Shown in pieces: positions 10,401-19,860 of a DNA stretch of 64,000 nucleotides (position 1 is its first letter; each line of letters begins with the position of its first letter). The translations under genes were made by a program, and so were the position numbers. The DNA is from Histomonas meleagridis 2922-C6/04-290x (taxonomy: Eukaryota > Protista > Parabasalia), in assembly GCA_020184695.1 (NCBI GenBank), contig JAANOX010000034.1, positions 496,001 through 560,000 on the forward strand, given 5' to 3'. The notes beneath the pieces are model-generated. The model saw only the letters and a list, made by a program, of their open reading frames with translations. It did no database searches and was not told where the DNA came from.

Positions 10401-11494
10401 TTTCCTTGAATTGAGGTAATGATAAAAAATTCTCCATTCGATGACCATGCAACACTTGCTACTGTTGGAGAATCACCTGGAAATATCTTTGTAAGTGGAA
10501 TAACTTTAACAACTCGTAAATATCGTGTGAGTATAACAAGTGATTGTGAAACAGCTATAACTAAAAACTTACAATCAATGCTCCACCATGCACATGGATT
10601 TCCTTCACCTTCTACAATTGGAAGTTGAACAGATGAGCGTTCATAAGTTGGAGTTTGTCCTTTAAATTTGCATACTGAAACAAAAATATTTAATTCATTA
10701 AATGGCATACATGGAGGAAGATAAGCCGTAAGACAACATACACCACAACCTTCATCAGCATTACTAAATAAACATACGTCTTGATATGTAATAGCACATC
10801 CTTGTGGAATAGCTGGGCCGATAGAGGGATGGAGAGTAAACGGCTGCGACGGTTTCATGTAACCGTGAGTGATGTGTTTTGAGTTCACTGGTGACGTAAT
10901 GTGTGCGTTGGTTGAGAACTGATGATTGGATGTAAGGTCTGTCCAATATCCAATGCCTTTGGTTTCTTCGGGATATTGTTGCCATATCCAAAATTCTTGG
11001 TCAATGGATATTGCAATTACATTACAATCTTCACTAATAGCTATCCCTTGAACATGATCACTAAGTGATGGTGTGGATTTGCCTGAAAGTTTTTGAATTG
11101 GTTCAGTTATAAGAACTGAATCACCTGTGGGAAGATAAGCATTTGTTGAGGAATCTGAAACAGCTAAGCCTGAGTTACCAGGTAAAGGAATTGTAACAAC
11201 AATTGAGCTTTCATTCTTTTGTCCATTTTTTTCTTTAGCACTAACTCGATTTTTATGAAATGAAAGATATGGACTTGATTTTGGTAAGTGAAGAGAACTA
11301 CTTCCACAAGGTGAAACTACTGATCTTGCAATTTTACCATTGAGTTTTGAGACAAATCTTGATTTTACAAAATTGCCATCCGTAAGTAAAAATGCTTTTC
11401 CTGGTTTAACAAAAAATATCTGACCATTGCTACTTGTGACCGTGAAGTCTTTTCTTGTTCGTGGGAGTGATGTTGTTTTTTCACCCTCCCACAT
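7478..11494 (-). CDS. Large protein: N-terminal beta-propeller, helical middle, charged low-complexity C-terminus
   Basis: 1338-aa ORF; WD-like segments (CAWWSIDCKFLVIA, VASVAWSSNGEFFIIT); Glu/Lys-rich tail. Confidence 0.7.
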   Translation of the reverse strand: MWEGEKTTSLPRTRKDFTVTSSNGQIFFVKPGKAFLLTDGNFVKSRFVSKLNGKIARSVVSPCGSSSLHLPKSSPYLSFHKNRVSAKEKNGQKNESSIVVTIPLPGNSGLAVSDSSTNAYLPTGDSVLITEPIQKLSGKSTPSLSDHVQGIAISEDCNVIAISIDQEFWIWQQYPEETKGIGYWTDLTSNHQFSTNAHITSPVNSKHITHGYMKPSQPFTLHPSIGPAIPQGCAITYQDVCLFSNADEGCGVCCLTAYLPPCMPFNELNIFVSVCKFKGQTPTYERSSVQLPIVEGEGNPCAWWSIDCKFLVIAVSQSLVILTRYLRVVKVIPLTKIFPGDSPTVASVAWSSNGEFFIITSIQGNISAVARCGKSLKHSLCSLSPFTNKDVPLMASADSKDPFRFVIYTKGKMRILKIENDSIPLNLQTMISLQFPHQSVSKLFDATVKSILENGVSDPYKLCELLYLTDFFHIFQYYSPLRYVLIQMFEEGSKLAYENQQYIFSYFIIRCIYRLTNHDVEIYDEIIERLSWSTNSRDKYLMKILIDELNHLDYTVTNKLLMKNIKHYSLNDEDKEELKTYKLPHHCRDVNLDTLLPSLKSFLYKSNSDKLLELDLDMNLLLKLMINLGQFQKALELIQHPSITKEIVEIYDDITKVYNNDIVALYNSLIHCISISPNDEILLRYKCIKCINKIIKSKIREFKPNNKYQSISNIINLEETIELLAPETIDEVNDIATIFGIGFCTIDYINCSKFFNNKINEIPQQLSNEVIKLFSYLWFIRWRYLTIKETNKLKRPNNTTLRLLVFPEFIDINLAKKQINEISMNNFMNDVYILYMKSDNPSFIDDPFFNDFCVECSKKILPRTLSRINSFVMKLFDDENIIPKSNLLFAAIVSHLIPWLRCGIPRALVGYDCGEFVPKELLDFEEFIIPEKQIPKMEIQNNEIFNEEEEIKEQTNSGISNNEIIEEEEEEEIKEKVPKKKIKKTKETKKKYVKPKEKVKNKTKIRIKPKSEVKPNLRLLTVDPPKVAPQTFNFTPHIPQPQAYVQLPIQIPMFYPQEQTQTNNKSLWDITPDDFPVRDNLNENNNDEKVEEKEKEIEVVEEKLPESIKKKNVPDKKVKKEIKPEKPILQVQKLASFSEDDKPVKEEKEKSVKNRVPVVIVSRKTEKPKIDEMSLSFSSELSELSLQEPRKRVRPPVNPFPLDDMLYKRVGHLLDEVKASPEAPDLPDVPKFVPPPVYDIPNVDKYRHKDSSDSYAPSSFQSRSSHQSINTKIKRDNTETHRPFEQKVGNEIPQPDWKPNVVPLRNPIILGTNEIKRKNDKPQNAYLQLKEIEPTKKK

Positions 11495-11499
11495 CCAAA

Positions 11500-11518
11500 A
11501 ACCGTTCTAATGACGATA
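11500..11518 (-). promoter_or_regulatory. Inr (TCATT) flanked by Myb-type elements TATCGTC and AACGGTT
   Basis: Minus strand CTATCGTCATTAGAACGGTTTTTGGATG; resembles the Trichomonas MRE-2f and M3 motifs. Confidence 0.45.
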
Positions 11519-11587
11519 GAATGAGAACTTTATTTACGAACGATAGACCGAGAACGTTAGCCAGATGTATTTTAATAATTTAATAAA

Positions 11588-12457
11588 TTAAATGCTTTCG
11601 TTGATTGTTTGGAAGTCTTCATGTGGGATCATTCCTGAATTATTTGTTGGTGAGTATCTGTAATCTGGGAAAGACCATTCGAATCCGGTTAATTTTGGAA
11701 TTGGAAAAGGATTATAGAATCTAAATGCTCCAATTCCATAAATTTGTCTTATGTTTTCATACTCACCTAAATCATAATCTTCTTTACACCCAAAAATTTC
11801 CTCAAGTGTTGTTTCATTATTTTTAACATGATTGAATTCGACTGAATAAAAATAACTCAACATTAACGATGTTATGATTAATGCTATTCCTGTACTAATT
11901 TCATTTATTCCAGATGTTGATTTAACGAAATATGTTATGATTGAAATTATACCACCAAAAAGTGATGCTGAAGTTCCCCAATTAATTGTAACAAGAAACG
12001 GACGTTGATTTCGAAGAGCAATGCATGTTCCAACGGCTGGACAATGATGGTCCATTCTAAGATGGCATTTATTACACACAGAACAATGATGAGCACGTTG
12101 AGGTTTTGGAAGTCCACAACGTTCGCAGCAAGGAAATTGTTCTAAAAATTCTGGGGTTAGCTTATCTGGTCGTCGTTTTATCATTAATTCTGTAGATCCT
12201 GGATCTCTTAAAATTGTTAAAAACAATGAAATTAAAATCATTAAAACTGCAAGAAAAATTAACAAAAGCAAGAAAAGCCCAAGTATTTTATATTTATGAA
12301 TTTGACTTGAAAATAATGGAATGATTGAAAATGAAAAAATTTGGTATGCAAAAACAAAAATAAAACTAGTAATAAAAAGTGGCATGAAAATTCGAAAGAA
12401 ATAGTGTTGTATCTGTTTTATTTTTGAAGGAGGACGTGGAATCCCAGCAATCCTCAT
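11588..12457 (-). CDS. DHHC palmitoyl acyltransferase
   Basis: CERCGLPKPQRAHHCSVCNKCHLRMDHHCPAVGTCIALRNQRPF; four TM segments; TTLE motif. Confidence 0.95.
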   Translation of the reverse strand: MRIAGIPRPPSKIKQIQHYFFRIFMPLFITSFIFVFAYQIFSFSIIPLFSSQIHKYKILGLFLLLLIFLAVLMILISLFLTILRDPGSTELMIKRRPDKLTPEFLEQFPCCERCGLPKPQRAHHCSVCNKCHLRMDHHCPAVGTCIALRNQRPFLVTINWGTSASLFGGIISIITYFVKSTSGINEISTGIALIITSLMLSYFYSVEFNHVKNNETTLEEIFGCKEDYDLGEYENIRQIYGIGAFRFYNPFPIPKLTGFEWSFPDYRYSPTNNSGMIPHEDFQTINESI

Positions 12458-12630
12458 TTAGTAAAATAAACTGCCATCCTTTAGCACGATAAGTATCGTA
12501 GAGGTTATGTATTGAAAGTATGTGCTCACTTATCGTTCAATTGAAATCATTGTCAAATAACTGGGGGAAACGTTTATTTTTTACAAAAAAACCTGCAAAG
12601 CGTCATGTGAAATGAAATATTTTTCTCCAT

Positions 12631-13596
12631 ATGCCACCAAAAATTAGAAGTTTTTCATTTGACCAAAGAAATGAGCAAATTGGCCTTGCTATTCCTAGTG
12701 GATTCATCATATATGAATGTTCAAGTGGTGTTGTTGTTTATGAAGCCAAGTTTCCAGGTGGTGGAGCAAATTGTCTTTCAATTCTTAGTGATTCCAACTT
12801 AGTTGCTGCTTCAGGTGATGACTCACTTGGTGGCTTTAAGAAATCTACATTAATTCTCTGGGATTGCAAGCATGACAAAGTTATACGTCTCATAGACTTT
12901 GAGTGCGACATTGATTTTCTAATTTTCCGATCTGACTGTCTAGTAGTAGTACATGGCGAATACATTGATTTCTATGATTGTTGTGATTTTGAAATCATAT
13001 ATACATCTGTTAATCCAACTCCTGGCAAACATTGTGCAGCTCTCGTTCAATCCAACACTCTTAATTTATGCGCAGTTCCTTCACCATCTGGCGATAATCT
13101 TATCATATCTGATTATCATGATCCCGGATACACCTTAGGAGTCATTCCCGTTCAGTTCCAAAAAGTTTCCTTTTTTTCATTTGACTCAAGCGGCGAACTT
13201 TTAGCCACAGTTCTTAGTGAAGGCAAGAAGATATATTTGTGGTCGGTTTTGGAACTCAAGTTAATTGCCAAATTTAAACGCGGAATACACTCTGCAAAGA
13301 TCAGCGGCATTGCGTTTGATCATTTATCCAACTGTATGGTCATCACTACGAAGCGCGGGACGATGCACGTGTTCTCGATCCCGAATCCTGCCGAAAGAGA
13401 GAAAACAGAAAATATAAAATCTGTTCGCTCGAAGTTTAACTATGACTTGCCAAAGGGAGTCGACTTCCATTGCCAATTCGATATTGCCGGATTCGTGTTG
13501 ACCGGAATTACAGATGACGGCATGTTCAAGCAGCTGAGGCTGGATATAGATAAAGGTCTCGTTGTGCCAATATGCGACCGGAAGTTGGAGTTATGA
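12631..13596 (+). CDS. ATG18: PROPPIN, Atg18/WIPI family phosphoinositide-binding WD40 protein
   Basis: WD40 propeller with FKRG (FRRG-equivalent) and TTKRGTMHVF (SxxGTxHVF-like) motifs. Confidence 0.85.
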   Translation: MPPKIRSFSFDQRNEQIGLAIPSGFIIYECSSGVVVYEAKFPGGGANCLSILSDSNLVAASGDDSLGGFKKSTLILWDCKHDKVIRLIDFECDIDFLIFRSDCLVVVHGEYIDFYDCCDFEIIYTSVNPTPGKHCAALVQSNTLNLCAVPSPSGDNLIISDYHDPGYTLGVIPVQFQKVSFFSFDSSGELLATVLSEGKKIYLWSVLELKLIAKFKRGIHSAKISGIAFDHLSNCMVITTKRGTMHVFSIPNPAEREKTENIKSVRSKFNYDLPKGVDFHCQFDIAGFVLTGITDDGMFKQLRLDIDKGLVVPICDRKLEL

Positions 13597-14322
13597 TAAA
13601 AGTGGCAAATGTGTTATCATAAGCATAAGTAAAAATGAGCTATTTAATGGTTATTCGAATTAGTGATAATTCTTCAGTTGATTTTTTTGATTTCGAGAAA
13701 AAAAATTTGGTTTGTTTGATAAAATGCACACTTCCGATTTAAGTGATGTCTGTCTTCTTTTCTTATGATATGATATATAACTTTTGCTTGATGATCTCTT
13801 GGCATTTATAAAAATTTAATGTAATAGTCACCCCTATTTCTTGGTAAAGTAAACACAAAAAATCACCAAAATTCTCAAAGTTTAATAAAAATATTAACCA
13901 AAATTGCATTACTGTACTATTTGAGTTTATTCATTTTGAGTTTTTTTTTGGAATATATGAGTAATCTTAAGTCATAATCAATTTATCATTTCATAAATTT
14001 GTTAAAAAATCACTAAGCATAATCTCACTGTGAAGTAGTCGTATGCATGTGTTTTTATGAGCTTATTCTGCCTCTTTTCCTTCCATCACGAGTTTTGGCC
14101 TTTAGCAATTTTAAATATCCGGTAACTATAATATTTTTCTTTCGTTATTATTTCAAAGATTAAAATATATAATTTGTTTTTGAAAATGTATTTTTTGCAG
14201 CTTAGGTATTTTGTAAGCCTTTTATTAATCACAAAAAATATAACTTTTGGAAAAATTTTAGATTAACAAAAACAAACAGTTTAAAAGTATTTAATTCAAA
14301 CAATTTACTTATACAAACATTG

Positions 14323-15093
14323 TTAATCGCCGAGGTCAGTTGAGTCTTCGTCATTATGTTCCTCATCTTCCTGTACCTGGCTCGCACTTTCGCCATTAAT
14401 TTGTTTCATTATTTCTATTTTCGTTCTTCTTATGAACTTGCGGCGCACCCTTTGGGTCATTTCGAGCATTTTGGTTTTCGCATCATTTAAGTAGTCAACC
14501 AACTCCAAAGGAAAAGGCTGAACTACTGATTGATGCTCAGTGAGAAATATCGATAAATAACAAATTGGGTTTATAGTAAACATTAAAAATTCTAATGAAT
14601 CAATAAACCCAAGATCTTTAAGGATACAAAAGAAATCAAATGGAATTGCTTCAAGCAGGTTAAAGTTATTCATTTTAAGTGACTTTAAAATTAGTTTGGG
14701 ATCAAGTTGTAATACATTTGCTAAAAGATTTGGATTTAAACATACACTTGAATCTTCAAAAATGACAACGCCCCAATGTAATAAAAGAAAAATCGGATCA
14801 TTTGAAAGATATGATGCATATGCTGCGAGTATAAGAAGCTCATCACCAACGTTTGGTGGAGTCTTGGACTTGCTTTGAATTTCTCGCATTTTTCCAAAAA
14901 ACTGTTTGGCGTGAGCATCAACTGATTCAAGAGGAATCCGCGTTTTTGCGCCTTTCTGGATTATTGTTAAAAATGCAATGGGTGTGATTCGTTCGATTTC
15001 ATCTGGATTTATGTGTACTAATATGGAATTAACATCTTCGCCATCATTGGGAAGCATAGTTTCTGCCTCATCCAATTGGCTTGGAGGGATCAT
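14323..15093 (-). CDS. Hypothetical protein, weak resemblance to parabasalid initiator-binding-domain-like proteins
   Basis: 256-aa ORF; WGVVIFEDSSVCLNPNLLANVL...SLKMNNF; family assignment is tentative. Confidence 0.5.
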   Translation of the reverse strand: MIPPSQLDEAETMLPNDGEDVNSILVHINPDEIERITPIAFLTIIQKGAKTRIPLESVDAHAKQFFGKMREIQSKSKTPPNVGDELLILAAYASYLSNDPIFLLLHWGVVIFEDSSVCLNPNLLANVLQLDPKLILKSLKMNNFNLLEAIPFDFFCILKDLGFIDSLEFLMFTINPICYLSIFLTEHQSVVQPFPLELVDYLNDAKTKMLEMTQRVRRKFIRRTKIEIMKQINGESASQVQEDEEHNDEDSTDLGD

Positions 15094-15298
15094 GCTTTTT
15101 CGATATTTTCAAAAATCAATCAGTGGCCGTTAAGTATATTACTTTATTCTAAACGCATGAATGATATTAACGGTTGTTGGAAATTCGTTTTTGATTACTT
15201 TACTTTCAAAAGTGATATGAAAGTTGAAATAAACGGCTTCATGTGAGTTTTTTAGCAACCGAAGATTGTAATGCTTAAATTTAATTCAAACTAATTCA

Positions 15299-16390
15299 TT
15301 ACAAGAAGAGATTGAAATCAATGCTCACTATTTCTGTATGACCATTTAAAGATGCTGAAATGAGTGATGTCCAAAATAATTTAAATAATTTCCAAATATT
15401 ATTTTGAAATATAAAATTATTAAAATAAATATTAAATAAAACAAATAAATATTTTTAGCATTAATATCAATTCCTTCTTGTTCAAGAAGTAATTTAACTA
15501 TTTCTGTATGACCATTTGAAGATGCACAAATAAGTGCTGTATCAAATAATTTAAATAATTTCCAAATATTATTTTGAAATATCAAATTATTAAAATAAAT
15601 TTTAAATAATACAAATAAATATCTTTAGCATTAATATCAATTCCTTTTTGTTCAAGAAGTAATTTAACGATTTCTGTATAACCATTTGAAGATGCACAAA
15701 TAAGTGCTGTATCAAATAATTTCAATAATTTCCAAATATTATTTTGAAATTTCAAAATATTAAAACAAATATCAAATAAAACAAATAAATATCTTTATCA
15801 TTAATATCAATTCCTTCTTGTTCAACAAGTAATTTAACTATTTCTGTATAACCATTCCAAGATGCTTTAATAAGTGCTGTCATAAATAATTTAAATAATT
15901 TCCAAATATTATTTTGAAATAATAAATTATTAAAATAAATTTTAAACAAAACAAATAAATATCTTTAGCATTAATATCAATTCCTTTTTGTTGTAAAATA
16001 TATTTAACAAGTTCAATATTTCTGGATTCTGAAGCGAAAACTAAAATATTTTTTGGAATTTGATTCGATTTAAGGAAATATATTACAAGAAAAATATTTC
16101 CAACTTTTGCTGCTTCATTAATAATGGATTTATTAATCTCCATTCCTTCCTCTTGCAAAAATGCGAAAATTTCATAGTTATGATATAAAATACATACCTT
16201 CCCTAAATTTTTTAATACATTCATTTCTAATTTATTTTCATAAATATAATGAAAGATATCATTTTTATGGAGTTGAATTGCTGTTGCACATGCATCATAA
16301 AATGATGAATGATTTTGCTCGCATAAATGAATAATTTCTGTTTCCCCAAGAAAATATTGGGGAAATTGCTTTCATTGTTCCAAGCAACGT
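15299..16390 (-). pseudogene. Truncated DUF3447-ankyrin gene with four 80-nt spacers
   Basis: EIIHLCEQNHSSFYDACATAIQLHKNDIF... followed by 170-nt units of TAL..GIDINAKD plus 80-nt spacer; both ends truncated. Confidence 0.75.
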
Positions 16391-16585
16391 TTTTTTTGCA
16401 TCTCAAAAGGGTAATAAAAACATTGTGAAGTTGCTTCTTGTTCATGGTGGAATTGACATTTATAAAGGTTTAAATATTTTTTGTTTAAAATTAATTTTAA
16501 TTAATTGATATTTCAAAATAAAATTTGGAAAAAATTTGAAATAACTCAAACAGCACTAATGTATGCATTTCGAAATCATTATAAA
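16390..16585 (+). pseudogene. Inverted ankyrin fragment with one 80-nt spacer (16470-16549)
   Basis: ASQKGNKNIVKLLLVHGGIDIYKG, then 80 nt, then TALMYAFRNHYKE. Confidence 0.65.
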
Positions 16586-16675
16586 GAAAATAAAATTGAT
16601 TAAAACCATAAACACACGTTTGCATTTTAAAATGTTAATTTTTTTAGATCATTTTCTGATCAAAAAAAGAAAAAA

Positions 16676-16748
16676 TGGTCCCGCAGGGACTTGAACCCTA
16701 GACCTTTGCGTTATCAGCACAACGCTCTACCGACTGAGCTACGAGACC
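16676..16748 (-). tRNA. tRNA-Ile (anticodon GAT)
   Basis: 73-nt cloverleaf: acceptor GGTCTCG/CGGGACC, D arm GCTC/GAGC, anticodon loop CTGATAA, T loop TTCAAGT, discriminator A, followed by a T-run terminator. Confidence 0.95.
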
Positions 16749-17344
16749 TTCGAATATCAAATATATAAAAAGTATATAATCTTTGTTTCCAAAAACATTG
16801 TGAGATATTTGTAGCTTTTTAGCATATATTCAAGTGCTCAAAATATACAAAAGCTGGTTTAAAAAGTACACATTCTGATATCTTGCTCTTGTGGATTCTA
16901 GTAAAAATCAACAATAAAATGTATTAATATAATATATTAGTTTCATAGTTTAATATTTAATTTAAAAAACTATTTTATATTAATTGTTTAAAGAGATATC
17001 ATTTGATCAAGCAAATTATTTCTGAAGGCCAACATTATAAAAAAAATTTGGATTTTTTTAATCTGTAAAACTGGATTTTCAGGATCAAATTGGGAAAATG
17101 CTAAATTCTTTTTCAGAACAAATTGATGTGCTAAAAGTTAGAACAAATATTAAGAAATATGAAAATAACTGATATCATATAATTTATAAATAAATTTCTT
17201 TAATTTACTCTTTGAGTTGTGTACACCGAAATGATAAAGATGTTAGCTAATTTTGTTTGAAACATATAAACGGCCACTAAAATAAGGAAAGTGACATATA
17301 TTTAAATTGACACTTTTAATTTAAAACTGGCGGTCAAAACGGCA

Positions 17345-19054
17345 ATGCTTTCAACTTGTCACCTCTTTCCATCAAGTCAATCTGTTGTCAACAACAAAGT
17401 TTTGCCTTTAACAGTATATGTTCAACCAATGGCTAAAGAAAGCTTTGTTTTTACAAGAAGGTTAAATCAGATTCCGCAATGCTGTCATTGTAAAGCTTAT
17501 TTTTGTTCTAAATGCAAACGCACTGCAGACTCATGGAAGTGCGCTATTTGTGGTACTGAAATGCGCTCTGAAAAGCTCCTTCCTTCCGATATTCTTAAAA
17601 CCGATATTATTGAAATTTCTCAAGATGAATGGTCTGCTGACTTATCTCGAGCAATCATTGTGCTAACGAATGAAGAAGGGATTTCTTCAACAGTCAAAGA
17701 TTATTTAAACTATCTTCCATCAAATTCGCAAATTACGATTGCTACATGTACAGACCAAACGAACAATTATAGTTTTCCCTCAACACGGCAAGCATTGGAG
17801 CAATGGGATACTATACAATTTCCCGATAATTTAATTTCAATTGAAACTGTTCAAAAATCCTTAGAATCGATTCTTCCAACTCTTAATGAACCGTGCTGGT
17901 GTATTGTTATAATGGATGAACCACAACAAACCGATGACATTACAGGTTTAGAATCATTTTTGAAATCGCAACAAAAGCGAAAGATCAGAATTGATTTGAA
18001 CATCATTGGTTCCTCTGGCTATTCACCAATCAACGACAAGATCACTCCGCTCATAAATTCTGCTCCAGGTCTTACCAAAGTATATCATCCATTCATGACC
18101 CTCAGCGAATTACCCATCAATATGAAGGAAGATCTTGATCGTGACTTTGCCTATGATCTTCGTATTCAAGCCAATAGTAGTGAAAACTACAAATTAGAGT
18201 TTCTCCCAATCCAATATATGGCATCCCAATCATATCACACTCTTGCCCGTTTTCCTGTCTTCCCATCCACCGAATCCGCGATTTCATACACTGTCACTCT
18301 CCCTGAAGAAGATCAGCAAAATCTTTCGCAAACCTTTCAATTTATTGTAAAGTATACAAAATACAACAACAAAACACATAGATTCAGCAGACAATTAAGA
18401 ATCATTAACCAGGAATTTCAAATTAGTCGTGAGCCAGATGACTTACTTCAAGAAGTATCTCCATCATTATTACTTTATTCTTGGATGAAACAATCACAAA
18501 AACTTCAATTTAACAAAACGGTTTTATATGTCGAAGATAAGATTAAAGACTTTGGACAATTGATTTTGTCCAACGAGCACTTCATCGATCTTGTCAAACT
18601 TGGATTCTTTTACAAATCTCATAAGGTCATATCAATCTCATTTTGGGAAAGATTCACAATGTGCGTGCTAATAAACTTAGCATCGCCCGCATCTACCAAT
18701 TCGTTGTTTTCATTCCTAGTCGAAGTTTGGGAAAATGCAGATAACATGCTATTATGTGCGCATTCAATTAGTAATGAAGATCTTGATGAAAGTAAGATCT
18801 ATGTTGTCAAGTGCTTCCCATCTATATATGTAATAAGCAGAGATGGCAACTTTACTGTTGAAAAAGGAACAAAAATCGAAAAGTCAATCAACGACTATAA
18901 GGAAAAGTGTAAACCATTGAATGTTGAGGTGATTCATTCTGAGCTCTCTTCAAATATGAAGGACTTAATAGATATATACCATGAAGAAAACCTGCCCAAT
19001 TACCTCAAGGGGCTCGGGCTGGAGTCTCTCGAAGATAAATTTTATCAGAATTAA
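17345..19054 (+). CDS. Sec23/Sec24 family COPII coat protein (divergent)
   Basis: PLTVYVQPM...IPQCCHCKAYF...WKCAICGTE zinc finger followed by trunk and beta-sandwich regions. Confidence 0.8.
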   Translation: MLSTCHLFPSSQSVVNNKVLPLTVYVQPMAKESFVFTRRLNQIPQCCHCKAYFCSKCKRTADSWKCAICGTEMRSEKLLPSDILKTDIIEISQDEWSADLSRAIIVLTNEEGISSTVKDYLNYLPSNSQITIATCTDQTNNYSFPSTRQALEQWDTIQFPDNLISIETVQKSLESILPTLNEPCWCIVIMDEPQQTDDITGLESFLKSQQKRKIRIDLNIIGSSGYSPINDKITPLINSAPGLTKVYHPFMTLSELPINMKEDLDRDFAYDLRIQANSSENYKLEFLPIQYMASQSYHTLARFPVFPSTESAISYTVTLPEEDQQNLSQTFQFIVKYTKYNNKTHRFSRQLRIINQEFQISREPDDLLQEVSPSLLLYSWMKQSQKLQFNKTVLYVEDKIKDFGQLILSNEHFIDLVKLGFFYKSHKVISISFWERFTMCVLINLASPASTNSLFSFLVEVWENADNMLLCAHSISNEDLDESKIYVVKCFPSIYVISRDGNFTVEKGTKIEKSINDYKEKCKPLNVEVIHSELSSNMKDLIDIYHEENLPNYLKGLGLESLEDKFYQN

Positions 19055-19860
19055 TTAAATGATTAATTTTGTTTTCCTTGAAAGTTTCGCAAACATTAAG
19101 TGGATAAGTAAAAGAAAATCAATATCCTAATTTTGTTTAATTAGATATAGAATAAATTTCTAAAGATTATTTTGTATAGAAATTCTATAACATATGACAA
19201 GGAACTGTTTTAAAGATTAAAATATTGAAAAAGATCTTTATTATATCGATATAAATATTTTCAGATTAACAAGAGCTCTTGTTAAAAATTTATTCATAGA
19301 TGGAATGAAAACTTAAATATCATTTCATATCAATGAATCTCAATAATGCAAATGATTTAATTCATTAACACCATTAAAATTAATCGCCCAGCTGACCATC
19401 TAAGTCTTGAGTTTCGAGGAAAATTTAACTACAAATCTTGTGATATATTCTAAATAATTTTAGGGATATTTTCTTTAATTTCTTTCTTTTAACATGTCTC
19501 GAAAAATAATTCCATTTTTGTATAAAAAAGTAATAACCCTCATCATTTCCTTTGTTATTTATACGAAAAAAATATTAAAGAGATAAAAATAATCAATTAT
19601 AATAAAAATTCATATATTTTTATGATACATCATATTTAAGATTAACTTACAATGGATATCATTTTTTTTTTATTTGGTAATCTATGGAATAGATGTTGAG
19701 AAATTTGAATTCTTTTTGTTTTAAAAGTCAGTTTTTCACCTCACATGGACTGCCCCTGAGATGTCATTCAGTTATGCTATCGGTCATTTGAAAAGTCGTT
19801 TTTTTTTAATTAAGAAAATCGAATTTACAATTTTTGAAAAACAACGATACAAATCCAAGG

